A stretch of DNA of 64,000 bases, taken from contig OX597821.1 in NCBI GenBank assembly GCA_951406725.2, positions 23,498,001 through 23,562,000 of the forward strand. Direction: 5' to 3'. Positions 40,083-53,028 of the stretch are shown here, piece after piece. The DNA is from Octopus vulgaris (Eukaryota). The notes below the pieces were generated by a model. That model made no database searches. It was not told where the DNA came from and saw nothing but the letters and a program-made list of their open reading frames with translations. A program made the translations under genes and the position numbers. Every line of letters begins with the position of its first letter. Position 1 is the stretch's first letter.

Positions 40083-40140
40083 AAAGAAGTAGAGTCAGCT
40101 GTTTATACATCCGATGTCATGTTAGATTTTACTGTTTACA

Positions 40141-40178
<38 letters not shown>

Positions 40179-40425
40179 TCTCGCTCTCTCTCCCTCTCAC
40201 TCTCTCTCCCTCTCTACCTCTCTCTCTCACTCCCTATCTCTCTCCCTCTCTCTATTTTTCGTGATCTCTCTCCTCCCTCTGTAACTCTTTCTCAGTATAC
40301 ACACATTCATATACACCAAAACATGTGTGTGCGCGCGCGCCGAGTTTAAACATTTGCACATCCATTCAATCTTATGTAGTTGGAGCTTTGCAGTTTATAT
40401 AAATTACACATATATATATATATAT

Positions 40426-40815
40426 GAGTGGCTGTGTGGTAAGTAGCTTGCTTACCAACCACATGGTCATGGGTTCAGTCCCAGTGAGTGGCACCTTGGA
40501 CAAGAGCCTTCTACTATAGCCTCGGGCCGACCAAAGCCTTGTGAGTGGATTTGGTAGGCGGAAACTGGAAGAAGCCTGTCGTATATGTATATATGTGTGT
40601 GTGTATATGTGTGTATGTAATTGTGTGTCCATGTTTGTCTCCCACGCCCAACATCGCTTGACAACCGATGCTGGTGTGTTTACGTTCACGTAACTTAACG
40701 ATTCGGCAAAAGGACTAGGCTTACACAGAATAAGCTCTGGGGTCGATTTGCTCGACTAAAAGCGGTGTCCCAGCATGGCCGCAGTCAAATGACTGAAACA
40801 AGTAAAAGATAAAAG
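40426..40815 (+). mobile_element. SINE family C
   Basis: Full-length match. Confidence 0.88.
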
Positions 40816-40832
40816 ATATATATATATATATA

Positions 40833-41209
40833 CTAGCAGTATCGCCCGGCGTTGCTCAGGTTTGTAAGGGAAATAACTATAAAGCATTTTTAGAGAGTTA
40901 TAGCCAAAAAATAGCAAAAAAATAGAAAAAAAATGATGGTAAATTTTTTTTTGAGAGTAAAAAAAGGTTGAGTTGCGTCCCCTAGACAGTCTGTGGTTTA
41001 TTTTTTTTGATTCTCGACCCCATGTCGAATTTATCGATTTTTTCAGAACTGGGGGAACTTTTCAAAATTTTCGCTGCGTTAGTTTTGAATTATGACATTG
41101 GGCTATGTGTGTGTCAAGTTTCATCAGAATCGGTTGAAAGCCGTGGTCAGGGTGAGGGTACAAGCAAACAGACACACAGAAACACGCACAGACAAACTGC
41201 CGTTTATAT

Positions 41210-41212
<3 letters not shown>
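40833..41212 (-). mobile_element. Non-autonomous Helitron
   Basis: 3' hairpin + CTAG; near-identical to 41506-41877. Confidence 0.88.
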
Positions 41213-41265
<53 letters not shown>

Positions 41266-41439
41266 GCATGTATATCTACACACATACACACACACGCACA
41301 CACACACGCACACATACACGCGCACGTATATATGTATGCATGTGTATACATTCACATACACACATACATACATACACACACACACACATATATATATATA
41401 TGTGTATGTATGTATGTATATATATATATATATATATAT

Positions 41440-42110
41440 ATCAATGCTAATAAGAATAAAGAGTATGGAGACTTGTACAACCACAAAATTTATTTTATAG
41501 CCATACTAGCAGTATCGCCCGGCGTTGCTCGGGTTTGTAAGGGAAATAACTATAAAGCATTTTTAGAGAGTTATAGCCAAAAAATAGAAAAAAATGTAAA
41601 AAAAATTTTTTGAGAGTTAAAAAGGTCGAGTTGCGTCCCCATAGACAGTCTGTGGTTTGTGTTTCTGATTCTCGACCCCATGTCGAATTTATCGATTTTT
41701 TTCAGAACTGGGGGAACTTTTCAAAATTTTCGCTGCGTTAGTTTTGAATTATGACATTGGGCTATGTGTGTGTCAAGTTTCATCAGAATCGGTTGAAAGC
41801 CATGGTCAGGGTGAGGGTACAACCTGACAGACACACAGACACACACACAGACAAACTGCCGTTTATATATATAGAGATACAGAATGACCTACACGTGTTT
41901 CCGCTGCAGCGACTACTCACTCGCAAATGCAGCCTTACAATACTGTCGGTGCAGTTTCATCAGGGTCCGTCCATTTTGTCAACCTTGAAGTGAGTCATCA
42001 CTGCACCAGAAACATGTGTAGGTCTTTATAATATGCTGTAAATAGCTATAAAATAAAATTTGCGGATATACAAGTCTCCATACTTTTTTATTACTATTAA
42101 TATTAATATA
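41440..42110. mobile_element. Fold-back MITE (about 115-bp imperfect arms) interrupted by a Helitron
   Basis: 41445-41505 + 41878-41925 pairs with 41990-42105. Confidence 0.75.
41506..41877 (-). mobile_element. Non-autonomous Helitron
   Basis: 5' TC, 3' hairpin CCCGAGCAACGCCGGG + CTAG, inserted between A and T with no TSD. Confidence 0.9.
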
Positions 42111-42281
42111 TACCCCCAATAAATTTTACCGTCCAGCGAAGAATGCATGGAATTACCCATCGGAAGAACTTACGGCGATGAAAGCAGATAAATTTACAAT
42201 GCACACATTCATTTCTTTCGCTAGGAGGTGACAGAGAGGAAGTTTCTTCGAATTATACAAATTTATCAATAGACTTTTTTT

Positions 42282-42644
42282 GAAGCACTCCGTCGGTTAC
42301 GACGACGAGGGTTCACGTTGATCCAACCAACGGAACAGCCTGCTCGTGAAATTAACGTGTAAGTGGCTGAGCACTCCACAGACACGTGTACTCTTAACGT
42401 AGTTCTAGGGGAAATTCAGTGTGACACAGAGAGTGACAAGGCCGGCCCTTTGAAATACAGGTACAACAGAAACAGGAAGTAAGAGTGAGAGAAAGTTGTG
42501 GTGAAAGAGTACAGCAGGGATCACCACCATCCCTGCCGGAGCCTCGTGGAGCTAATAAACACTCACAACGCCCGATCTGGGAATCGAAACCGCGATCCTA
42601 TGACCGCGAGTCCGCTGCCCTAACCACTGGGCCATTGCGCCTCC
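42282..42644 (-). mobile_element. SINE family A, tail 1 (17-bp internal deletion)
   Basis: TSD ATCAATAGACT at 42265-42275 and 42647-42657. Confidence 0.92.
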
Positions 42645-43579
42645 AAATCAATAGACTAGAAATAGAGCGTAAATAGAGTCAAAATGTAAATTTTGAGCAA
42701 AATCCCACCAATGGAACAGAATAGATTCCGTTCATCAACGTGATCGACAAATTCTAATTTAAAATCAAACAGATTTAGAACGAAATAACAATAAACATTT
42801 GTGACCCTCCCGAAAATACTGAAATAATTCTCTCCCTTTCTCACTAACCTCAACATCTCACTTGAATCAGCTGAGTTTTAACGTTCAAACAACAAGCACT
42901 GAAAACATACTGTAAATTACTCGGGCAGATGTCAGTACTGAGACTTTTCTATACTTGCATTGTCCTAATTCTTATTAATCAGGCAAGCATGAAGTAGGAT
43001 TGGTCTCTGTTATAGTTTTAATAATAATATTAACATTTATAAATAACATTCTTTTAAAAATTATAAATAAGTTATGTTCACAGACGCATAAACGATAGAC
43101 TTTATATTAAACACATGATAGCTATTTTGATATAAAGATATTGAATCGATTGGTTAAACTTAACACACGACTTTGCTTACTTTGTTCCGTGTTTATCATA
43201 ATACGCATTTCGACAGCATGTATTTATTTATATGATTGTTTGTCGTTGGATTCTTAACTTTCCTTCCTATTAGTGAGTAAAGTTTTAATTTATTTTCCAC
43301 CTCCCATTTACAAACACACAAGGAGAAAAAGCAAAAAAAACAACTAAATAAGCAAGATTAATTAGAAACTGAAAACAAAAAGAATAATTAATTATACAAC
43401 TTCATATTTTCAACAGACATGCTGTCTCCACTCTCTGTCTTTTCAGTCGATACTATAACGTTCTTTCTTCGTAGAAGAAGGCTGACATTTGATAAGGCAT
43501 CCTATTGCTAACGGAAACACCCTAACTGCTGGCTAAAAGTAAGGATTCTCTCCTTTGTTTGTCTTTCTGTCACGAGTAT

Positions 43580-43781
43580 ACTCTTTTACTCTTTTACTTG
43601 TTTCAGTCATTTGACTGCGGCCATGCTGGAGCACCGCCTTTAGTCGAGCAAATCGACCCCAGGACTTATTCTTTGTAAGCCTAGTACTCATTCTATCGGT
43701 CTCTCTTGCAGAACCGCTAAGTTGCGTGGACACACACCAGCATCGGTTGTCAACCGATGTTAGGAGGACAAACACAGGCAC

Positions 43782-43846
<65 letters not shown>

Positions 43847-44024
43847 CATATACATATATACGACGGGCTTCTTTCAGTTTCCGTCTACCAAATCCACTCA
43901 CAAGGCTTTGGTCGGCCCGAGGCTGTAGTAGAAGACATCTGACCAAGATGCCACGCAGTAGGACTGAACCCGGAACCATGTGATTGGTAAGCAAGCTACT
44001 TACCACACAGTCACTCCTACGCCT
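43580..44024 (-). mobile_element. SINE family C
   Basis: Full-length match. Confidence 0.9.
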
Positions 44025-44352
44025 ATAGTATCTTCATCTTTCATCTTCAAATTGTTTCAGTTTTTGGACTGCGGCCATGCTGGGCCACCACCTTGAGAAG
44101 TTTAGTCGAAAAAATTGATCCGGTACTTATTTTTTATAAACCTGATCCGTATTCTATCGGTCACTTTTGCCGAACCACTGGATCTCGGGACGTAAACAAA
44201 TAAAAATTGATCGTCAAGCGGTGGCGAGCACAAACACAAACAGAAAGACACCTCCTTGCGCTTGACTTTTCTTTATTGTCTGTGTACTCTTAAACTAACC
44301 ACGAGGCCTTTTCTTTCTCTATTTTGAGGAGAGGTTATCGGGTATCGGCTGT

Positions 44353-44416
44353 TAGGGTCTGACGAGACGTATGTAAAACTAAGCGCTTCATAGACGCGAA
44401 ACTTTGGGTAACCCTA
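44353..44416 (+). ncRNA. Solo type I hammerhead ribozyme
   Basis: TAGGGT-CTGACGA-G a CGT ATG..CAT ag ACG C-GAAA-CTTTGGG-TA-ACCCTA; perfect 6-bp stem I, intact core, GUA site. Confidence 0.75.
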
Positions 44417-44785
44417 TGAAATCTCTCTCTCTCTCTTTCTTTTCCTCTTCTCTTCGCCGTTCTCTGTCTGTCCCTCTCTCTCACACTCTTCCTCCTTTGC
44501 TCTCTCGTTACCTGCACGTGGCCATCGGCCATCTTTCTTTTCCTGATTTGAGTTTCTGGCAAAACACACACACACACACACACATACACACACACACACA
44601 CACGCACACATAAATATATATACAAAATACTCTTTAACTGAAATACAGTTTCCCCAGAATTAAACATCTAATACAATAAATGCGAAAAACCGATTTCTGT
44701 GTGTTAGTGTGTCACATTTTGACTCCCGCCCTCTCTCACTATTCAATGAGTAATAGTAGGCAAAGGTGAGGACATTGGCGAATTC

Positions 44786-44820
<35 letters not shown>

Positions 44821-44959
44821 ACAGAGAGAGGGAAAGAAAGAGAAGGAGAGAGAGAAAAGAGGAAAGCAAAAGAGTAGGAGAGAAAGAGAGACAAAGGAAT
44901 TTAGGGAGAGTTGATGTTTTCTTAAAAGTAGTAGTATTGATGGTGGTAATGGGAGTAAT

Positions 44960-45009
<50 letters not shown>

Positions 45010-45123
45010 TATGAGAGAAAGTGGGTGCTGATGTACAACTTTCCAGGACAGAAATTCCTGTGGCCAGCATACTCGATCAACTGCTGAACACTATCATATT
45101 TGTTTTATTTTTTGCTTTAATTA

Positions 45124-45186
<63 letters not shown>

Positions 45187-45214
45187 CGTACATTCATGTA
45201 TATATATATATATA

Positions 45215-45438
45215 TATTTCTTTATTGCCCACAAGAGGCTAAACATAGAGGGGACAAACAAGAACAGACAAAGGGATTAAATCGATTACATCGACCCCAG
45301 TGCATAACTGGTACATTATTTATCGACCCCGAAAGGATGAAAGGCAAAGTCGACCTCGGCGGAATTTGAACTCAGAACGTAGCGGCAGACGAAATACCGC
45401 TAAGCATTTCGCTCGGCGTGCTAACGTTTCTGCCAGCT
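45215..45438 (-). mobile_element. SINE family B
   Basis: Match to family B. Confidence 0.88.
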
Positions 45439-45455
45439 GTACATTCATGTATATG

Positions 45456-45549
<94 letters not shown>

Positions 45550-45552
<3 letters not shown>

Positions 45553-45951
45553 TCTTTTACTTGTTTACTTGTTTCAGTTATTTGACTGCGGCCATGCTGG
45601 AGCACCGCCTTTAGTCGAGCAAATCGCCCCCCGAACTTATTCTATCGGTCTCTTTTGCCGAACCGCTAAGTTACGGGGACGTAAACACACCAGCATCGGT
45701 TGTCAAGCGATGTTGAGGGACAAACACAGACACACAAACACACACACACACACACACATATATACACACACATATATATATGCATATATACGACGGGCTT
45801 CTTTCAGTTTCCATCTACCATATCCACTCACAAGGCTTTGGTCAGCCCGAGGCTATAGTAGAAGACACTTGCCCAAAGTGCCACGCAGTGGGACTGAATC
45901 TGGAACCATGTGATTGGTAAGCAAGATACTTACCACACAGCCACTACTGTG

Positions 45952-45953
<2 letters not shown>
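45550..45953 (-). mobile_element. SINE family C
   Basis: Match to family C. Confidence 0.88.
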
Positions 45954-46034
<81 letters not shown>

Positions 46035-46042
46035 CATAGAAC

Positions 46043-46539
46043 AAAAGCGCAATAGAGGACAATAAAACATTCAGACAGATAGATGATAAAAAAGCGGATA
46101 GGAGAAACAATAATTAGAAGGACGGGGGCGGGAAGGACGGGTCATTCGTGGCCTTCTTTCTTCAGTCAAGTTACCAGATGTCCTTACTGTTTCAGACAGT
46201 TGCACTTGAGACAATTCGATTTTGTTGCTACCCAAAAAAGTCTTAGCTAAGAGCATTAGATTTTTTTGTAAGAAAGCTAGCGAATATGTATGGCAACAAA
46301 GGCCAAAAAAAAAACGGAGTACATGGTACATAATTACAAATACAAATAACAAGAATATAACAAAAGGTGTCTTTCGACTGAGAACGAATCCAATTGACCT
46401 AGCGTGTATGAAGTCAAAGCTTCAAGGCAGAAACATAGGAGATGGACATAAGAAGTGTTGGCGGTCGGCAGTTGTTTCTCCTGTCCGCCTTTGTATCGTC
46501 TATCTGTCCGAATGTTTTATTGTCCCCTATTGCGTTTTT
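46043..46539. repeat. Inverted repeat (about 68-bp arms), probable Penelope-like termini
   Basis: 46043-46110 vs 46472-46539; TCTTCAG core remnant near 46159. Confidence 0.7.
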
Positions 46540-46584
46540 ATTCCATTTTGTATATCTATATAGCGACGTATGTACACACTTGTG

Positions 46585-46644
<60 letters not shown>

Positions 46645-47541
46645 CACTTTAATTGAAATGCAGTTTCCCCAAAATTAAACATATCTATCTAATATAATAA
46701 ATGTGCATGTCAGTGTGTCGGTGTGTCACACTTTTTCAACTTTACTCCAAGAGGCCGTAGGCCAACATATCATACTATTTTGGAATTAGACTGACTCCGT
46801 GAGTAAATCAAAAACATTCCGGGCCGAATCCGGTCCTGCAATATTGACATTTTGGATTCCTATGTTTTCATTACACCGATTGTTTTCGGAGATTTTCTTT
46901 ACATGATTTTTAGCAACGAATATGATCATCATTGGGATATGACTCTGGAGGAAGCAATTGCAACAAATTCTCCAAAACAAGTCAGAGATCTGTTTGCAGA
47001 TCTTCCCGTCCGGTGTTAGTTGCTTAAAAAGCTACATACTAGCTGAAAAGCCGCCCTATATGGCAGCTTTTCAGCTAGTATTGTCGGACAGAATATGTAT
47101 AGTTTTAACAATACCGATGTTGTCAAGTCAAACAAAGTCAAAATCGTGATCATTCAGTTGTTTCTTGGGCTTATAACCGCAACATTGTTTTAGGGTAACA
47201 CTAATATATATGTGTATTCCCTCTTCCCCACTCCTCTCTCATTCAATATCCCTGTCTCTCTCTCTCTTTCCCTCCCTCTCCCCCCCTCTCTCTCCATATA
47301 CATGAGTGTGTGTCAATGTCAGGGTGATCAGTTGTCTGTGTCTTTTCGCAAGGGAGTTAGTCTTTTGTTTGCTTAACACAGCCTTAACGATTTCTTTTTC
47401 ATGCTAATATATATTGGGACATGAAAAATCAAATGACAAATTTACATTTCATGAGTGTTATGCTTACATACGTACATACACACCCACACACACACAAACA
47501 CCCACAAACACACACGTATATACATTTACATGTATATATGC

Positions 47542-47624
<83 letters not shown>

Positions 47625-47926
47625 TGTGTGTGTATAAATACACACACACACAAGTATGTATTATGTGTGTATGTCTGAGTGTTGACATGCTGACATATAT
47701 ATTAATATATATGTATATGTGTTTGCGTGTGTGTGTATGTATGTTTGCGTGGTGTGTGTGTGTGTGTGTGTGTGTGCGTGTGCGCGCGCGCGTGATATAC
47801 AAGCCTATATGTTTATAATTTAGGCTTACAAAAAAACATTCACTTGTTGTGTTAGACTTCATTGCTATTCGTATCCTGGTTCTGTTTTAGGTCATAAACC
47901 TGAAAAAATTCGTGTCTATCAAACTG

Positions 47927-48304
47927 GAAGCACTCCGTCGGTTACGACGACGAGGGTTCCGGTTGATCCAACCAACGGAACAGCCTGCTCGTGAAATTAA
48001 CGTGTAAGTGGCTGAGCATTCCACAGACACGTGTACCCTTAACGTAGTTCTCGGGGATATTCAGCGTGACACAGAGAGTGACAAGGCCGGCCCTTTGAAA
48101 TACAGGTACAACAGAAACAGGAAGTAAGAGTGAGAGAAAGTTGTGGTGAAAGAGTACAGCAGGGATCACCACCATCCCCTGCCGTAGCCTCGTGGAACTT
48201 TAGGTGTTTTCGCTCAATAAACACTCACAACGCCCGGTCTGGGAATCGAAACCGCGATCCTACGACCGCGAATCCACTGCCCTAACCACTGGGCCATTGC
48301 GCCT
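47927..48304 (-). mobile_element. SINE family A, tail 1
   Basis: TSD TCTATCAAACT / TCTATGAAACT. Confidence 0.92.
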
Positions 48305-48396
48305 TCTCTATGAAACTATATTAGAGACTAATATGCTCTCCCTATCTTCTGATGGTTAAGTTGACGCTAAATTCTCTGTGATGCTCATGTGTAATG

Positions 48397-48596
48397 TACG
48401 AGGGGGTGCTGAAAAGTTCCTGGCTTTCGGTGTGTCGCAAAAGGCTTGGTTGGAGGCCCAACATGCTGAGTTGCTTTACAGGGCTTAGAAAAACTGAAGG
48501 ACTGAGAGGGGAATACGTTGACGAAAATCATAAATTAACTGATCCTCCTGTATCTTCTTTTACTCAAAGCCAGGAATTTTTCGTCATTTCCTCGTA
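48397..48596 (+). mobile_element. Mariner-derived MITE
   Basis: TA-CGAGGGGGTGCTGAAAAGTTCCTGGCTTT ... AAAGCCAGGAATTTTTCGTCATTTCCTCG-TA; retains the transposase C-terminal LRGEYVD. Confidence 0.85.
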
Positions 48597-49212
48597 AGTC
48601 AAAAGTAAATTGTTAAACTTATCTAGTAAAAGCACTCACTTTTCATTGAAGTCCATATAACTCAATTTTATTTTTGTGCTTGTCTCCCCTGCTTTTCTTG
48701 ACGAGTATTGGTCATTTAGAGATAATCATCTATTCTCATAACTAAAAGTGTGACTTTAATCAGTTAGTATTAATTGGCTTAAAGGCGGTGAGCTGGCAGA
48801 ATCGTTAGCACGCCGGGTAAAATGCTTTTCGGCATTTCGTCCGTCTTTACGTTCTGAGTTCAAATTCCGCCGAGGTCGACTTTGCATTTCATCCTTTGGG
48901 GTTGATTAAAATAAGCACTATTTGATCACTGGTGTCGATACTATTAATCTAGTACTTAACTAGTACCTTACTTTATCATCTCCGAGAGCATTAAATCAAA
49001 ATCGACTGTGGTAGGATTCGAAATCGGAACATAAGGAACTAGAAGAAACACCCGGAAGCATTGCACCCAGCGCCCTAGTACTTCCATCGACCGTCTCACG
49101 CCAATGCGTATGACTGGATATGAAGCAGTTACCATGCTTTGGCTAGTAGTTTCAAACATCATGTAACAGTAACCGTCTATTAACCCACCTAACCTATACA
49201 CACACACACACA

Positions 49213-49243
<31 letters not shown>

Positions 49244-49472
49244 GCACGTACATACACATATGCACAAACATTCATACATACATATACACACGTATATTTT
49301 TTTAAAATTTAATTTGAATCCATTTCCTTTAGTGTCGGGGTTAACGCCACTGCGATTTTCAGATATCTTTATATTTATATTTGAGATGATCCTTTCTGTT
49401 GCGTGGGATTATTTTATCGTTTGTATCGGCCCGTTTCTAAATCTTATGGTTTCGGTTTTCATTTATCACTAA

Positions 49473-49869
49473 CTAGCAGTATCGCCCGGCGTTGCTCGGG
49501 TTTGTAAGGGAAATAACTATATAAGCATTTTTAGAGAGTTATAGCCAAAAAATAGCAAAAAAATGCATTAAAAATGGAAAAAAAATTATGGTAAATTTTT
49601 TTTTAAATCGTTGACTCATCGTAGACATTTTTAGAGAGTTACTTCCCTTATATAATAGCGAAAATATGCATTAAAATGGAAAAAAACGATGGTAAATTTT
49701 TTTTTAATCGTAGACTCATCGTAGATGCGCGCTAATACCCAGAAGGGCTCGATATGAATCACGACTATAAGATACCCAGTTTTGGTTAAACTGCACCGCA
49801 AAATGTGGGAGTAGTTAGGAATCTAAATCGTAGGAGACAGACACACAACTTGACTTTTATGTATAAAGA
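49473..49869 (-). mobile_element. Non-autonomous Helitron
   Basis: 5' TC, 3' hairpin + CTAG; same family as 21219. Confidence 0.9.
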
Positions 49870-50652
49870 TTTGAGATGATCCATTCTGTGAGTGTGCGCG
49901 TGTATGTGATATGATGGACTCTCCTGTCGTTAAACGATGTATGAGGGTTCGACCATTTCTAACCGAACAACCACACATTTATCGTTTGTATCGGCCCGTT
50001 TCTAAATCTTATGGTTTCGGTTTTCATTTATCACTACTAACACAACAGGTTATTATATATTTTCACTTCATATCATATAAACTTTAGCTGACCAAATTCA
50101 CTGCGTTCTTGTTCTTGTTCATTTCATGATTCGCTAAATTCTCCTTTTCTGTTTCATATTGCAGAGGCCAATTTGACGGTTGTCATTGCAACCTGTTCAC
50201 TGTAATTATTAATTTATCATAATTTATTCTGATAAGCGAAATTGTTAATTTGCTGCTACTTCACTAATACAAGTATCTGGTGTCGCTAAAATTTTTATTA
50301 TCTTGTTCTTTCTCTTCTGTATGCTATCTGTACCTACTTTCTATCTGATATCTATAAATTGCCATTGATTTCCATAGGTTAAATATATCGTCACTTTGAC
50401 TTAATTGTCCCATTCGGTTGGCAAACATTGTTGCACTTCCACTGCAAAATCACTGCGAATAACATCATTGGATATTTACCCTGTTTGAAACGAAGAATAG
50501 TTACATTTTTGGTGTCTTCAATGTCATATTATCTCATTTCTTCCGTTGACCATGTATATTTGTTGTATAATTACATTCGATTTTTCTGCGCTGCACAGGG
50601 GGCATGTCTAAGAACTAATTATGCAATGGGTGACATTCAATAATGTCTAATT

Positions 50653-50684
<32 letters not shown>

Positions 50685-50845
50685 TGTATGTATGTATGTA
50701 TGTATGTATGTATGTATGTGTGTGCGCGTGTGCGTGTTTGTGTACGTCTGTGTGTGAGTGTATGCGTATAATATATGCATGTATATATATTTTTAACTCC
50801 ACTTTTTTTTCGTTCTCTGTCCGGTTTTTTTTCTACCTCTCAATC

Positions 50846-50966
50846 CTTTCTGTCGAAGAGCGTAAGCTCGAAACGTCAAAGACTTTTCCATTCTTCCCGA
50901 GCGTTAAACTAATACACCTGCTTGTTGTTCCTTCACCCGTCTTCGTCTTTTGTTTTCTGTAAATTT

Positions 50967-51010
<44 letters not shown>

Positions 51011-51140
51011 CAAAACATGAAAACACAAAGAGAAAACACAACAACGGGAGGACGTGGAACAAATATAGTATTATTGGACGCTCAGGAAGGAAGGGAAGAA
51101 GGAGGGTTTAACGTTTCGAGCGGAGCTCTTCATCGGAAAC
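50846..51140. mobile_element. Two tail-to-tail Penelope-like termini with degenerate minimal hammerheads
   Basis: + strand: CTTT-CTGTCGA-A-GAGC gtaa GCTC-GAAAC-GTC-AAAG; minus strand: GTTT-CCGATGA-A-GAGC tcc GCTC-GAAAC-GTT-AAAC. Confidence 0.65.
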
Positions 51141-51228
51141 ATTGGAGAAGGAAATATCCAGAGAAGGGAAGATAGAGGGAAAAAAATCGCCAACGGTACA
51201 CACGCGGTCCGAGGGATTACTGTATATA

Positions 51229-51544
51229 CAGTGGGGGGAAATAAATATTCATACATGTCAAAATTCTTTATTTATTTAATTTCTAATGAACATAAATGGG
51301 ATATACCAATACTATATTTGCATACACATGCATAAACTAAGAATATGCAAAAGAAACTAATAAATTATTGTAACTAAGGAATTTATATTCAATTATAAAT
51401 ATTTAGGGGTGAAAAAAGTATTCGTACAGAAATTAAATAACTGATAATTCTGATTTAATACTTCGTAGCATAACCATTATTCAGTTCCACTTCTACCAAT
51501 CTCTTCTTGTAGATCTTAATCAATGACTTGCATGTTTCTTTAGG
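51229..51544 (-). mobile_element. Tc1-like element right end (IR/DR TIR + transposase C-terminus)
   Basis: PKETCKSLIKIYKKRLVEVELNNGYATKY* at 51544-51455; inner and outer direct repeats ending TATTC(G/A)TACA. Confidence 0.85.
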
Positions 51545-51646
51545 AAAAGGAAAGATCCAGAGAAGGGAAGACGGAGGAAAAAAATCGCCAACGGTACACA
51601 CGCGGTCACATTAACCCATACCTAACCACTAACCACTAAGCCATTC

Positions 51647-51683
<37 letters not shown>

Positions 51684-52378
51684 CATACACACATACATAT
51701 ACATATTAGACAAAATGAGATGACAAAGCCAAGGCCGTGAGGAGTTTTCAGGACACTTATAAGGAAAAAGATATAGATATAGTCTTAGAGTTGTTTCTAG
51801 GTTTTTAGGGATATCCATAATATCCCAGAAAAGTGGAATCAATTTAATCATTGGCGCATGCATGATTGTGTGTTAAGGAGTTTGCTTCTTAGCCACATGG
51901 TTCCAGGTTCAGTTTCACTGCATGCTGCATGGCATCTTGGGATAGTGTCTTCTACGATAGCTTTGGGCCGACCAAAACCTTGTGAGTGGATTCGGTACAG
52001 GGAAACCGAAAGAAACTAGTCGTATGTATGTATGTATGAATGTGTGAGTGTGTGTGTGTGTGTGTGTGTGAGTGAGTGTGCGCGTGTATGTGATATGATG
52101 AACTCTCCTGTCGTTAAACGATGTATGAGGGTTCGACCATTTCTAACCGAACAACCACACATGATTTGTTTATAGTGATCAACTGTGATCAGATCGACAT
52201 TACTTGTACAGGTGCAACGGGTGCCACGTGTCAAATGTCGAAATGATCGCAGAGCAACGTGAAATGAAGTGCTCAAGAACACAACACAACACCTGGTCTG
52301 GGAATCGAACCCATGATCTCGCAGTCTTGAGTGCAACACCCTAACCACTAACCCATGCCTAACCACTAACCACTAAGC

Positions 52379-52443
<65 letters not shown>

Positions 52444-52936
52444 GAATATCTATGTATATACGAATATTTATATATATAAATATTTAATCCATGCCTGACA
52501 ACCTAAGCACTAACCCACTCATATCTTTATATATATATACCACTTCTTGACAACCAGTGCTTGTGTGTTTACGTCCCCGTAACCTAGTGGGTCGGCAACA
52601 ATGACCGATAGAATAAGTGTCAGGCTCTTCTTTTTTTAAAAACAAAGTACTGGGCTCGATTCTTCCGACGAAAATTCGTCAAGGCGGTGCCCCAGTATGA
52701 CCGCAATCTAGTATCTGAAACAATTAAAAAATAAAAGATGTATCTGTTTGGATATGTCTGACTCGGAGCTAAATGACAACTGCTTCAGGTAGCCCAGTTA
52801 GATTAGATTTCAAGCGACCAAGCTGTTACGTGTATAATACTTATTGCTTCTGTCAACAAAACTGTCATCGTCTGTCATATCTAGCATGAGAAATACATAC
52901 ATACATACATACATACATGCATACATACTTATACAT

Positions 52937-53028
<92 letters not shown>

